Part shown: positions 1-13,939 of the stretch, one piece after another
Position numbering within the stretch: position 1 is the first letter of the stretch
Layout: the number at the start of each line of letters is the position of its first letter
Source of the DNA: Eledone cirrhosa
Lineage: Eukaryota
Assembly (NCBI GenBank): GCA_964016885.1
Contig: OZ024762.1
Span: 19,096,001-19,160,000 of the forward strand
Reading direction: 5' to 3'
Length of the DNA stretch: 64,000 nt
Notes under the pieces: generated by a model
What the model was told of the DNA's origin: nothing
The model's database searches: none
Seen by the model: only the letters and a program-made list of their open reading frames with translations
Translations under genes and position numbers: made by a program

Positions 1-106
1 TCTCTCTCTGCACGTTATTCCACTACACATTCACGTTTTCAGGGCAATGGCAGTTGAAGGAGGATGCAGAGAAGCAGGCAATTTGTTATTGTTATTAGAA
101 TGCTGT

Positions 107-290
107 TGGATTGGCAGTATCGGTAGAGGGTCGGACGCCATGCTTTGACGCATAGAGTTACGGCCCTTGCCATTCTGAGTTCAAATCCCGCCGAGGTTAA
201 CTTTGCCTTTCATCCTTACGGGGTCGATAAAATAAAGTACCAGTAATGTACTGGGTAATTTCTGGCCTTGTGCTAATAGTAGAAACAGTT
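107..290 (+). mobile_element. tRNA-derived SINE with Deu/Nin-like central domain (family S1)
   Basis: A-box-like TGGCAGTATCGG, B-box GAGTTCAAATCC, then GCCTTTCATCCTTACGGGGTCGATAAAATAAAGTACCAG; more than 20 related copies in the window. Confidence 0.85.
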
Positions 291-334
291 ATTTAGAATG
301 TTTACAGAAATTTTATTATAGTAATGGAGTCGGA

Positions 335-870
335 TTTAAGCAGAAGGACAGCAATTTGGGGGAGCGGAAAGTCGATTAAATCGACCCTAGCGCGTGATTG
401 GTACTTTATCTTATCGACCCCGAAAGGATGAAAGGCAAAGCTAACGTTGACGGTATTTGAACTCAGAACGTAAAGGGCTATAACTCTATGCCGCAAATCA
501 TGTTGTCCGACGCTCTACCGATTCTGCCAATCCACCGCTCTCGGTACTGACAATCCGCCGCCCTTTTAAATTAGAAATTTTAATATAATAATTGTTTCTA
601 CTTTAGGCACAAGGCCAGCAATTACCCAGTACATTACTGGTACTTTATTTTATCGACCCCCGTAAAGAGGAAAGGCAAAGTCAACCTCGGCGGGATTTGA
701 ACTCAGACCGTAAAGGGCCGTAACTCTGTGCTGCAAAGCATGGCGTCCGACCCTCTACCGATACTGCCAAATAATAATGATTTCTTATATAGGCACAAGG
801 CCAGCAATTTTGGGGGAGGGTAAAGTCGATTAAATCGACCCCAGTGCGTTACTGGTACTTTATTTTATCG
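335..870 (-). mobile_element. Cluster of S1 SINE copies (335-543, 590-770, partial 778-870)
   Basis: Reverse complement of S1: GTACTTTATTTTATCGACCCC...GGATGAAAGGCAAAG...GGATTTGAACTCAG. Confidence 0.85.
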
Positions 871-1416
871 TTACTGGTACTTTATTTTATCGTTACTGGT
901 ACTTTATTTTATCGTTAATGGTACTTTATTTTATCGCTACTGGTACTTTATTTTATCGTTACTGGTACTTTATTTTATCGTTACTGGTACTTTATTTTAT
1001 CGTTAATGGTACTTTATTTTATCGTTACTGGTACTTTATTTTATCGTTAATGGTACTTTATTTTATCGTTACTGGTACTTTATTTTATCGTTAATGGTAC
1101 TTTATTTTATCGTTACTGGTACTTTATTTTATCGTTAATGGTACTTTATTTTATCGTTACTGGTACTTTATTTTATCGTTACTGGTACTTTATTTTATCG
1201 TTACTGGTACTTTATTTTATCGTTAATGGTACTTTATTTTATCGTTACTGGTACTTTATTTTATCGTTACTGGTACTTTATTTTATCGTTAATGGTACTT
1301 TATTTTATCGTTACTGGTACTTTATTTTATCGTTAATGGTACTTTATTTTATCGTTACTGGTACTTTATTTTATCGTTACTGGTATTTTATTTTATCGTT
1401 ACTGGTACTTTATTTT
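849..1416. repeat. 22-bp minisatellite (~26 units) derived from S1 SINE internal sequence
   Basis: Unit TTA(C/A)TGGTACTTTATTTTATCG; starts 849, 871 ... 1399. Confidence 0.95.
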
Positions 1417-1503
1417 TCTAATTTGCCCAATTGTTTCTATATCCAGTAATACTTGTATATATGATGCAGCAATCCTGAACTCCACAAATTAAACACATTC
1501 AAT

Positions 1504-2030
1504 AATTGTTTCTACTTTTGGCACAAGGCCAGCAATTTTCTCAGTGTATTACTGGTACTTTATTTTATCGACCCCCGTAAGGATGAAAGGCAAAGTTAAC
1601 CTCGGCGGGATTTGAACTCAGACCGTAAAGGACCGTAACTCTCTGCTGCAAAGCACGGCGTCCGATCCTACCCATACTGCCAACCTAACAATGGTTTCTA
1701 ATTTAGGCACAAGGCCAGCAATTTTTTCTTTTATGTGTGTGTGTGTGCGTGGGAGGGGGGGGGGGTATTTGACTGGTACTTTACTGTATCGACCTCGGGA
1801 GGATTAAAAGCAAAGATTTCTTCCAGAGAAGAAGAAGAGAGAGTGATAGGAAATGAGAAAGAGAAATACAGGAAAAATCGACCTCAGTATTGAACTGGTA
1901 CTTTATTTTATCGATCTCGAAAGGGTGCAAGACAAAGTTGACCTTAGTGGGATTTAAACTAAGAACGTAAAGAGCCGGAACAGATACAGCTAAGCATTTG
2001 TCCGATGCTCTATCGACTCAGCAAATCCAA
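1504..2030 (-). mobile_element. S1 SINE copies (1504-1683, partial 1690-1815, 1875-2030)
   Basis: Same S1 motifs on the minus strand. Confidence 0.8.
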
Positions 2031-2426
2031 CACTAATGATAATCCTTTTTTCTTTTACCTCCATCCCACTGTAGCATATTTTGGTGGTTAAATGTAATCC
2101 GTCACCCAGTGAAATACCTCCACGTAACATTTGAGGCCTTTATCGAACTCCATTCTGTTGCAAATATTTAAGCTAGCACCCTGCAACACCTCTTGTTTAC
2201 AGATAACTTCCTCACTACCTCTCTCCCACCTATCTGTGTCAGGGGTGCGGGGCGGGGGCGGAATGGTCATGGGTAGTCACTTCCCACTCTGACTAAAAAG
2301 TAAATATATATATATATATATATCCCCCCACCCTTCTATCCACACACGCACACACACTCCGACCTACATCCCACCCCACACACACCTCTTTCTGAACATG
2401 CAACCCCGTTCTTCCCCCAACCCTTG

Positions 2427-2487
<61 letters not shown>

Positions 2488-2741
2488 ACACCTACACACA
2501 CACACCACCTTCAGCCCTCCCCGCTCGGACACCCCGTCTCCCTCCCCCCCCACTCCACCCGCTACCACCCCTACACGCCCCACACCCTTCCACCACCTGT
2601 TTTACCCCCATTTTAATTTTATTTTGATCATGCCTTTATTTTTAATTTCATTTGCACCGTTTCCTCTCACCCCCCTTTTTTGCTATATGTCTCTCCACCA
2701 CTCCTCTACACACCCTTTGAACTCTCTTTCTACACACTTTT

Positions 2742-2775
2742 CACCTGAAGAAGAGCTTATGCCCGAAACGTCGTT
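2742..2775 (+). ncRNA. Degenerate minimal hammerhead-like motif of a PLE-type 3' end
   Basis: CTGAAGA-a-GAGC ttat GCCC-GAAA-CG-TC; stem I only 2 bp; AATAAA at 2811, (TA)n from ~2863. Confidence 0.5.
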
Positions 2776-2860
2776 CCCCACCACCACCCCACTCTCAAGA
2801 GCGTGAAATTAATAAACATTTGTTGTACTGCCTCTCTGTTTTGTTCCCGTTCAATTTTTC

Positions 2861-2908
<48 letters not shown>

Positions 2909-2909
<1 letters not shown>

Positions 2910-3077
2910 GTAGGTCCCGGGTTGAGTCGGGGATAACCACAGTAAGTAAGGTACTCAATACATGGCAGAGTAAAATTTTTTTATTTTATAGAAGGAGCTT
3001 CTACAGGACTAGTACTGTTTCATTCAGATGAAATCTTCAGGATCTGAATGAAACAGTACTAGTCCTGTAGAAGCTCC

Positions 3078-3084
<7 letters not shown>
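2909..3084. mobile_element. Family A HHR fold-back element in (TA)n
   Basis: Tail with GGTACTCAATAC, minus-strand HHR 2996-3042 (stem I 5' arm truncated), then inverted copy ATCTGAATGAAACAG...GAAGCTCCTTCTA. Confidence 0.85.
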
Positions 3085-3112
<28 letters not shown>

Positions 3113-3153
3113 CGAAACATAAGTCAATTGCATGAACTCATAATCCTTTATTT

Positions 3154-3209
3154 ACTGCTATATATATTTCAATGATAGCCATTGAATGGCTATGACCTCA
3201 TCAGGCAGT
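3154..3209 (-). ncRNA. Type I hammerhead ribozyme (family E; element ~3109-3480)
   Basis: Minus: ACTGC-CTGATGA-ggtc ATAGCCAT tca ATGGCTAT catt-GAAA-TATATA-TA-GCAGT; 5-bp stem I, palindromic stem III, AUA triplet, AATAAA downstream. Confidence 0.8.
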
Positions 3210-3480
3210 TAGTCAGTTCTTAGATATGCCAGCTCTGTGTGTATAGTGTTGATGGTATCAGAGCCTTGGGACATATGAGCTTGTTAGGAATACTTTGATG
3301 TTGTCAGCAGGAATAGTCTTGATTCTCATTGGTCAGTTTGTAGATGGTAGTAAGTTGGTATTTGACCCCAAAGAGGCAGGTGGTTCTGTACGGTTCAGAC
3401 CATCAGGCAAGATGACAATAGTTCCATATGACTGATTTTCACAAAAGGCATTATTGGTCAGATATATTTTCAAAACTGTG

Positions 3481-3512
<32 letters not shown>

Positions 3513-3542
3513 AGATCAAAAGATGGTTAAAGGAGTTCCATG

Positions 3543-3613
3543 TATTTTATTATGCGCATTTCAAAAACGAACATCATCATGCAATAATATTTGTGTTTTC
3601 ATCAGATAAAACA
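3543..3613 (-). ncRNA. Mirror-image type I hammerhead ribozyme (family C)
   Basis: Reverse complement of 3732-3802 in the left palindrome arm. Confidence 0.85.
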
Positions 3614-3731
3614 GGAGAACATGATATGAAGGCTAAAAAACACTTGTGGATAGTGCAGTTTTAAATCAACATATGTTGATTTAAAACTGCACTATCCACA
3701 AGTGTTTTTTAGCCTTCATATCATGTTCTCC

Positions 3732-3802
3732 TGTTTTATCTGATGAAAACACAAATATTATTGCATGATGATGTTTGTTTTTGAAATGCGCATAATAAAA
3801 TA
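3732..3802 (+). ncRNA. Type I hammerhead ribozyme (family C)
   Basis: TGTTTTAT-CTGATGA-stem II (ACAAATATTA/TGATGTTTGT)-GAAA-TGCGCA-TA-ATAAAATA; palindromic stem III ATGCGCAT. Confidence 0.85.
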
Positions 3803-3921
3803 CATGGAACTCCTTTAACCATCTTTTGATCTTATATTATGTATACTCCAGTCCTACAAACTGTAGAGTGCTTCTTATCCGATATCTGCATTGCTTTATT
3901 GTACTACAATAAAACTCACCT

Positions 3922-5120
<1,199 letters not shown>

Positions 5121-5325
5121 ACTGTGAATAACCCCATCACGGCTTTAAAATTATTGGCTTTTGTTCCTTTTGAAAAGAAATCGATATTGGTGTAGAATCA
5201 AAGTCAGTTACAAAGTGTATAGCTAAGTACATTTATTGATTGCCATTGTCATTTGTTTGTACAGCTGTCAACGGCAAACCGTTTATTGATCTTTTTAAAA
5301 TCGTACACTTATATTTAAACACACA

Positions 5326-5423
<98 letters not shown>

Positions 5424-5462
5424 GTGTGTGTGTGTGTATATATATATATATACACACACACA

Positions 5463-6095
5463 CATTCTTACAGAAGTCATACATTCGTACATGGTTTATT
5501 ATATATATATATATATACACACACACACATTCTTACAGAAGTCATACATTCGTACATGGTTTATTATATATATATATATATACACACACACACATTCTTA
5601 CAGAAGTCATACATTCGTACATGGTTTATTATATATATATATATATATATATAATGTGTGTGTATATATATATACACACACACACATTCTTACAGAAGTC
5701 ATACATTCGTACATGGTTTATTATATATATATATATATATATATAATGTGTGTGTATATATATATATATACACACACACACATTCTTACAGAAGTCATAC
5801 ATTCGTACATGGTTTATTATATATATATATATATAATGTGTGTGTATATATATATATATACACACACACACATTCTTACAGAAGTCATACATTCGTACAT
5901 GGTTTATTATATATATATATATATATATAATGTGTGTGTATATATATATATATACACACACACACATTCTTACAGAAGTCATACATTCGTACATGGTTTA
6001 TTATATATATATATATATATATATAATGTGTGTATATATATATATATACACACACACACATTCTTACAGAAGTCATACATTCGTACATGGTTTAT
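5463..6095. repeat. Tandem array: 8 copies of a ~39-bp core separated by variable (TA)/(TG)/(CA) runs
   Basis: CATTCTTACAGAAGTCATACATTCGTACATGGTTTATTA at 5463, 5528, 5593, 5685, 5781, 5871, 5965, 6059. Confidence 0.93.
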
Positions 6096-6238
6096 AATAT
6101 ACATATATATATATATATTTGCATGTGACTGTAAATACATACATATGCACACGAATATGTAAGCACAGGTATGTGTGTGTGTATATATATATATATGTAT
6201 GTATGTATATATATATTTATATATATATATATATATAT

Positions 6239-6427
6239 AACGAAGGAATTGTAAGGAAGCAGATGGACCATGACGCACCAGAGTACTCAATACTTAGTGT
6301 AGTAGAGTGGGTAATAGGAAAAAGTATGACCCCGACGGCAAAGCTCAAGCCGTTTCGATAGTTATTTCTGGACTCCAGAAATAGTCGTCGAAACGGCTTG
6401 AGCTCTGCCGTCGGGGTCATACTTTTT

Positions 6428-6464
<37 letters not shown>

Positions 6465-6662
6465 CAAAGGAATTGTGGTAAGGAACCAGATGGACCATAA
6501 AGCACCAGAGTAGTCAATACTTAGGTGAGTAGAGTGGGAAATAGGAAAAAGTAAGACCCCGACGGCAGAGCTCAAACCGTTTCGACGGCTATTTCTGGAC
6601 TAAAAAAAGAAATAGCCGTCGCAACGGCTTGAGTTCTGCCGTCGAGGTCTTACTTTTTCCTA
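6239..6662. mobile_element. Two adjacent family B fold-back elements (6239-6431, 6463-6662) with the 3' half of an HHR
   Basis: GAAACGGC ttgagctct GCCGTC GGGGTC (5-bp stem III, GUC) on both strands; tail has GAGTACTCAATAC. Confidence 0.85.
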
Positions 6663-6838
6663 TATATATATATATATGTGTGCGTGTGAGGGGGACGAAC
6701 ATCTAATGAAGTTAGACATCTAATGAAGTTAGTGACATGCGGCGTGTTTTGAACATTTTAAAACCATAAAAAGCACTATCTCCCCTTCCAGGTTTGAATA
6801 CAGCTGACTACTTCCAGAGAAGGAGAGATAGATAGATG

Positions 6839-6887
<49 letters not shown>

Positions 6888-8474
6888 ATAATAGAGAGGA
6901 AGTGAGAAAGAGATATAGAGGAAAAATTGATTGGACAGGCGGCATTTGAACTCATAGCGGCGATAGCCGGAACGAATAGAGCAAAGCTTTCTGTTCAACT
7001 TTCTAATATATCTATCCATCCGTTGTCTCCATTTCCATATATGTGTTTGAAACAATCTGTCTCTAAGCTACTTGTCCAAGATTTGAACTCGATTTATCAG
7101 ATGTATTTCTCTACAGGGAAAATTAAATTCGTCGCTATATGAATATGAACTCGTCCAAAAATAAACTGACCTGTTAAAAGATAAAAGGAAGTCATTGTAG
7201 ACTCTCCGGTTTTTCCTCTGCACACTTCTCTGCAAATTTTCGATTTTCTGCCGACACAGACTAACCCCGCGGTTAAAAGCTTCACCAGTAAAGTATGTCC
7301 CCTTTTCATTCAAGTAATTCTGCCCCTTTCTCTCTGCTAATGATAACCACCATAGAACCGTTCTTCACCCTATTTACATATCAATTTAAAAGCTTATCTC
7401 GAGTTACATATCGTATACAGCTTTTGTTTTCTTCCCAAACTGAAATAAATGTAACACATTTTATGACCACTGAAACATTAACTGATACACATTGAAATGT
7501 GAATGGGATACACTTTTTACTTCCATCCATCTCAACAATACAAATTTATCTTTGAATGGAACTTTCAACTGAGCTAGTCTTACCACGGAGTACATGTTTA
7601 ACTGAACGAAGTCGCAAAGTTCCAGTAAGATCCTTTTAATTCTTATTCTACCGAATTTTTTAACATTAAACGTTTGGCAGTCAAAACTAATATCAATATC
7701 CACATGTAAATGTTTGCTCTAATCAACATTGATTGCCCTTTTAAAAACATATTTATTGCTGACTAATTTCAATCTGCGCTGATTATCTGCCGTATTTGTA
7801 ATATGAACTGTTGTTTTAAATTACTTTGAACTATAAGACTTCCGTTGAACACGAATTGTTGTTCCTAATTTCTTTAAACGTCGATGTTTGTATAATTCTT
7901 TAATAATTATCCCAACAATTATATATACTAGCAGAAAAACCACCAACTGCGCGGTTTTCTGCTAGCATGTTGATATTATACGCAAATATATTTGCATGTA
8001 GATATGATGCGTCAAATAAAATCGTGATTGACAATATGCATAGAAATTGAAGAGAGATTGTGTTACACACTCTTCTGTAATCAGTAAAGTAATCCATGAT
8101 ACATTTAAAAAAAGACGATATTATATATAAACTGCATTACTGTGAAATGTAATCAAAACATAAAGGGAGAAAATTAGCGACGTAAATATAAACATTATAT
8201 AACGATGCAAATATATGAACGTAAGCAAATATATGAAGCGATGTAAGTGTTATAATATAACGGATGCTAACCGGAAGTGTAGATATTTGAAAATGTTAAA
8301 AGAAGTGAATCTTAAAATAAGCAATCATTATATATAAGAATATTTGTTTAATCAACAGCTACGAAATTTAGTTAATAAATTATGTAATATTCATTCATAT
8401 ATATATATTTATAGACTATATATATTCTAGATATTGTATCATGCCATCTCTGTAAATGTATATATGTATGTATA

Positions 8475-8858
8475 TAGATAAATCTACCAAAATATACGGT
8501 AGTGCCCAATCCATATGAAGAACTCAATGTAATCCAAATATCATGAAAAGAAAAGATGTATTCAAAAATTTTTTCGATGAAAATCACAGGAAAACAGAGT
8601 CAAGATAAATTAATAAAAACATTGAATAAAAACAAAGAAACAGTTCCTTATATTAAAAAATTCATCATTTTACGATCGTTTCTAGGATATATATGTGTGT
8701 GTGTTGGTATGTATATCATATAGAACTATGTAAAAATTTTACAAACTATCAGATCTATATGATATACATACCAACACACACATATATCCTAGAAACGATC
8801 GTAAAATGATGAACTTTTTAATATAAGGAACTGTTTCTTCGTTTTTATTCATGGTTTT
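8475..8858. mobile_element. Family F fold-back element with the 3' half of an HHR
   Basis: Inverted arms ~8616-8743 and ~8752-8858; GAAA-CGATCG-TA at 8792-8803; second copy at 58184-58500. Confidence 0.8.
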
Positions 8859-9019
8859 ATATATATGTATATGTCTATCTCCATGGGTGTATAAGTACGT
8901 GCATACGTATATATATATATTATATATATATATAATGGATGTATTTTTATATATATTGTTAGAAACTATACAGAGCTATTTGTCTTTGTGTGTGTATATA
9001 TATGAATATGTGCGTATGC

Positions 9020-9056
<37 letters not shown>

Positions 9057-9204
9057 CTGTGATATACAGTGTGTCCGTGTGTATGATTGATTGATTGATT
9101 TTTTTTAATTGAATAGATCAATTACTTATATTGTTGACAGCAAACACTTATATCATCATATATTTAACGGGGGATGGGGTGAGGAGGAGAGGGGCATTTA
9201 TAAC

Positions 9205-9393
9205 CCTTTCTCTCCCTCTCTCTCCCTCTTTCTCTCTCTCCCTCTTTCTCTCCCTCTTTCTCTCTCTCCCTCTTTCTCTCCCTCTCTCCCTCTCTCTCTC
9301 TCCCTCTCTCTCTCCCTCCCTCTCTCTCTCCCTCTTTCTCTCTCTCTCTCTTTCTCTCTCCCTCTTTCTCTCTCTCCCTCTTTCTCTCTCTCC

Positions 9394-9424
<31 letters not shown>

Positions 9425-9604
9425 CCTCTCCCTCTCCCTCTCTCTCCCTCTCCCTCTCTCTCTCTCTCCCTCTTTCTCTCCCTCTTTCTCTCCCTCTTTC
9501 TCTCCCTCTTTCTCTCCCTCTCTCCCGCTTTCTCTCTCTCTCTCTCGCCCCCCCCTCTCCCCCCTCTCTCTCTCTCGCCCCCCCTCTCTCTCTGGCCCTC
9601 TCTC
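9205..9604. repeat. CT-rich compound microsatellite
   Basis: Direct inspection. Confidence 0.95.
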
Positions 9605-9644
9605 AAACCTCACTATAATTTATATTGTTAAATACACATATATA

Positions 9645-9830
9645 GGTGCCGGCATGGCTCTGTGGTTAAGGTGTTCACTTCACAACCACATGTTCAGTCC
9701 CGGCTGCGCGGCACCTTGCAGAAAACGTCTTTTATAGTCTGGGCGAGATTCGAGCTTGACTGTGTGGCTATGGTGTTAACTTCACAACCACGTAGTTTTG
9801 TTTTCAGCCCCTGCTGCGCACAGTGTTGGA
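9645..9830 (+). mobile_element. Decayed tRNA-derived SINE(s), CORE-SINE-like
   Basis: GGCATGGCTCTGTGGTTAAG...CAACCACATG TTCAGTCCC...GGCACCTTG. Confidence 0.65.
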
Positions 9831-10293
9831 TTTAGTCCTTGGAATGCCGGGGGCCCTTCAGGTTTGTTCATACCCAAAAGAAAAAAAAAATAGTATACAC
9901 AGCAAACCCCTCCAATTTTACATATCAAAGTTAGCTTGGTGAAAATAATTGAGATTACTAAGTTATACATACAGGAATTAAATTCAAAAATTCTAACCAT
10001 CCTAAAACTAAAAAGCCCAGCTGAGGGCACAAATAAATTGGTACGGCTGTCGATGGTGGGGGCCGTTAAATCGACCCCCAGTTCGTTACTGGTACTTTAT
10101 TTTATCTACCCAGATACTGCCAATCCACCGCCCTATGTAGAATAACTAGACCACCCGTGACCCTTTGGTCACGTTTACTTAAAAATATATTTTTTAAAAA
10201 TCATGTGCATTTAAAAATAATTTTTAAATAATAAAAATATACACAGACATGTATATAATGTGAAGTGAAAACCCATATATATATATATATATA

Positions 10294-10492
10294 CGTTATT
10301 CCGGGTTGAATCGGAGGTAACCACAGTAAGTAAGGTACTCAATACATTGCAGAGTATAAAAGTTTTAATATAGATGAGATTCTACAGGACTAGAACTGTT
10401 TCATTCTTTAGAAATCATCAGGTATTCTGAGATTCCTGATGATTTCTAAAGAATGAAACAGTTCTAGTCCTGTAGAATCTCATCTATATTAA

Positions 10493-10495
<3 letters not shown>
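10294..10495. mobile_element. Family A HHR fold-back element
   Basis: Tail plus inverted arms ~10360-10422 and ~10435-10495 in (TA)n. Confidence 0.88.
10428..10482 (+). ncRNA. Type I hammerhead ribozyme (family A variant)
   Basis: TGAGATTC-CTGATGA-tTTC taaa GAAt-GAAACAG ttctagtc CTGTA-GAATCTCA; 8-bp stem I, GUA triplet. Confidence 0.85.
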
Positions 10496-10542
<47 letters not shown>

Positions 10543-10736
10543 GTGTGTATTTATATGGCTGATCTATATACACTGGTCATACACACGCAATACATACACA
10601 GACATACACACATATGTACACACACACATATGTATATATATATATATGCACACAACAACATCTCTCTCTTCTATTCTCCGCTTCTCTCTCTCTCTCTCTC
10701 TCTATCCCTCTCTCTCTATCCCTCTCTCTCTATCAA

Positions 10737-10768
<32 letters not shown>

Positions 10769-11286
10769 AGCAATCCACTCTCTCATAACCACTATCTCTT
10801 TCTCTCTATCCTTTTCTCTCTATATTTATGAAGTTACCCGGAAAAGCCCCATATCTCGGGAACCCGTGCACGGAGTTACGCGAAACTTGTTTTATTCCAT
10901 TTGTACCCCCATTTCAGGGTCAACTTCCTTTCAAAGTATTTTCCCATTATGCGCCATTTTTTGGCTGTATTACATTACAGACAAGCAGGCAATCACAGAG
11001 TTTTAGTAATATATAGATATAGATAGATCAGGTAAAGCGTTTTATCTAGCGCTTTAACCACTCTGCCAAGTGATCGCCAGTGCGTGTATGTATATGTATG
11101 TATGAATGGATGGATGGATATATAGGTGTGTCCAGTGCTTTTGCTGGAATCCGCTAGACGGCGCTGGCTATCAGCCTTTCTATTCATAGCTGGGCTTTCA
11201 AAATGTGTATTTATTAAACATATCGTATATCTTGAAATACACGAAATTCACATACATGTATGTATACAGCTATACCGGAGCTAACT

Positions 11287-11317
<31 letters not shown>

Positions 11318-11632
11318 GTATGTGTGTATATATATATAATGTGTATATATATATATAATGTGTGTGTACATATATATATATATATAATGTGTGTGTACAT
11401 ATATATATATATATATAATGTGTGTGTGTATATATATATATGTGTGTGTATATATATATATATATATGTGTGTGTATATATATATGTGTGTGTATATATA
11501 TATATATATGTGTGTGTATATATATATATATATGTGTGTGTATATATATGTGTGTGTGTAAATATGTGTGTATATATATATATGTGTGTGTATATATATA
11601 TATATATGTGTGTGTGTATATATATATATATA

Positions 11633-11663
<31 letters not shown>

Positions 11664-11828
11664 GTGTGTATATATATATATATGTGTGTGTGTATATATA
11701 TATATATATATGTGTGTGTGTATATATATATATATATATGTGTGTGTGTATATATATATATATATGTGTGTGTGTATATATATATATATATGTGTGTGTG
11801 TATATATATATATATATATGTGTGTGTG

Positions 11829-11881
<53 letters not shown>

Positions 11882-12000
11882 GTGTGTGTATATATATATA
11901 TATATGTGTGTATATATATATATATATATGTGTGTGTATATATATATATATGTGTGTGTGTATATATATATATATATGTGTGTGTGTGTATATATATATA

Positions 12001-12062
<62 letters not shown>

Positions 12063-12095
12063 ATGTGTGTATTTATATATATATAATGTGTGTAT
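11287..12095. repeat. Compound (TA)n(TG)n microsatellite
   Basis: Direct inspection. Confidence 0.97.
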
Positions 12096-12146
12096 TTATA
12101 TTAGTTAGAGACAATTATCTGCCTTTGTCCAATGCAGAGCTGTTTT

Positions 12147-12203
<57 letters not shown>

Positions 12204-12925
12204 TTTATAGTTTATATATAGTTAGAAACAATTGAATGCTTTTCTCCTCTACAGAGTTATGTGTGTCTTTGAATATGTTAGTGTCTGTGTATTGATGTAT
12301 CTAATCAGAACCAGTTGGCTCCATATGTCCTGTCTGAAGCGTCTGTGTAGATCTATATGTCAAATCTTTATAAGTTTGTACCAAAGCAGACGGCCTTTAC
12401 AGGCGGTAAATCATTATTTACTTCTGATTGTTTTCAAAAGTAAACTCTAACATTATTCTTTTTAGTACAAGATTAAAGATTCTGCTCACAGATCCATATT
12501 GTTTAAGCCACACAATAGAGTTTTAAGATAAAGACATTTGAGTCACTGTTTTACATACTTTGAATCTGCTCAGTGGTCTGGTCTGGTCTGAACTGAACTG
12601 GTTTCTTCTGGTCTGCTTCTTAAACATCGCTTTATTTCTCAGACGTTGAATGGTGGGTGTTTGTTCGGCAGTATTTTCTTCTCATCAATAATTCTGGCGT
12701 CTCTCTAGTATTCTTTTAATTGTTGTTATTGTGATTATTATTCAAACAAAATTCTATAAAATGAATTAATGATTTCTTCTTAGAAGTAAAGATAAACATT
12801 AAGACGCAGGAATAGTCCTATGGTTAAGATGTGTAGTTTACAATCAACTGCAGGGCTGGAATACTCATTACATTTCACACACGCGCGCATACACACGCTT
12901 ACACGCACACACACACACGCACACA

Positions 12926-12962
<37 letters not shown>

Positions 12963-13140
12963 ATATTAAATAAATGGAAACTATATTTATAAAACCATAT
13001 TTATATATAGTTTCCATAAATATAGTTTCTATTTATTTAATATCATTGAATATTATACTCCGGAAAAGCTGTCGAGTGCTCTGAATCAGTTATAAACATT
13101 TATATTTGTTGAATTACCAACAAATTGAATATCCCATTTG

Positions 13141-13200
<60 letters not shown>

Positions 13201-13392
13201 TACCTTTCAAATATATCTATATCTATATATATATATATATATAGTTATACTTTGGGAGGGTCATGTTGCCAATAAGAAACACACGCACCAGTTGCTTTCA
13301 CTTCAATTTATTATAATAAATTTATAAATTTAGGAATTTATAAATTTCTGGTTGGTTGGTTGGTTGCACAACTAGATAGTTGCTTATATATT

Positions 13393-13435
13393 GTCAAAGT
13401 TCTTTCGTCACACATTCTGTGACCTCTTCAGTGAC
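13393..13435 (-). ncRNA. Hammerhead-like motif (family G; element 13243-13558)
   Basis: Minus: GTCA-CTGAAGA-g GTCACA gaatg TGTGAC-GAAA-GAAC-TT-TGAC, then AATAAA and tail; second copy 55601-55643. Confidence 0.7.
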
Positions 13436-13584
13436 TGGGGATTCTTTTCTTTGTCTTTGTGCCTCTCCTTTGTTCTGTCCTACGCCATTTTGATATAACA
13501 ATATCGGTTTCAACACACGTTTTCAGATAAAGAATCTTGCTAAACAAATTCAGAAACGATATATATATATATATATATATATAT

Positions 13585-13750
13585 GTAAAAGGTAAATAGA
13601 AATAACAACACAATTGGTACAGTATATGGGAGGTATATATTAGGTTAACGCTTGAAATAGCAGGAAGGGGGTTCTTAACGTTTCGGACGCTAGTCCTTCG
13701 GCGGAAGAAAGAATGAGAAATTAGATAGATTGAAGGGAGGGGCGGAATAA
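13585..13750 (-). mobile_element. Family H PLE-type 3' end with a decayed minimal HHR (13673-13708)
   Basis: Minus: TCTT-CCGCCGA-a GGAC tagc GTCC-GAAACGTT-AAGA; truncated plus-strand copy 54601-54704. Confidence 0.6.
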
Positions 13751-13895
13751 CATTTACACACATACATACACATATATGTAAATATGTGTATATATATATT
13801 ATGTATGTATATATATATATATATATAGATGTATATTTATATATAGAAAGCACTTCTACAGGACTAGAACAGTTTCATTCGTATGAAATCAGGAA

Positions 13896-13939
<44 letters not shown>

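Larger units (their letters stand above)
3505..3923. mobile_element. Family C element: 336-bp near-perfect palindrome (3505-3840, no spacer) plus single-copy tail
   Basis: Centre CAACAT|ATGTTG at 3672/3673; one arm difference seen; tail 3841-3923 contains GAGTGCT; (TA)n on both sides. Confidence 0.92.

Noticed and set aside
5463-6095. CRISPR-like repeat/spacer pattern
   Set aside because: Spacers are only dinucleotide runs; no cas genes.
12554-12630. Possible first exon on minus (ATG...AAA|GTATGT)
   Set aside because: 23 codons only; no in-frame downstream exon found.
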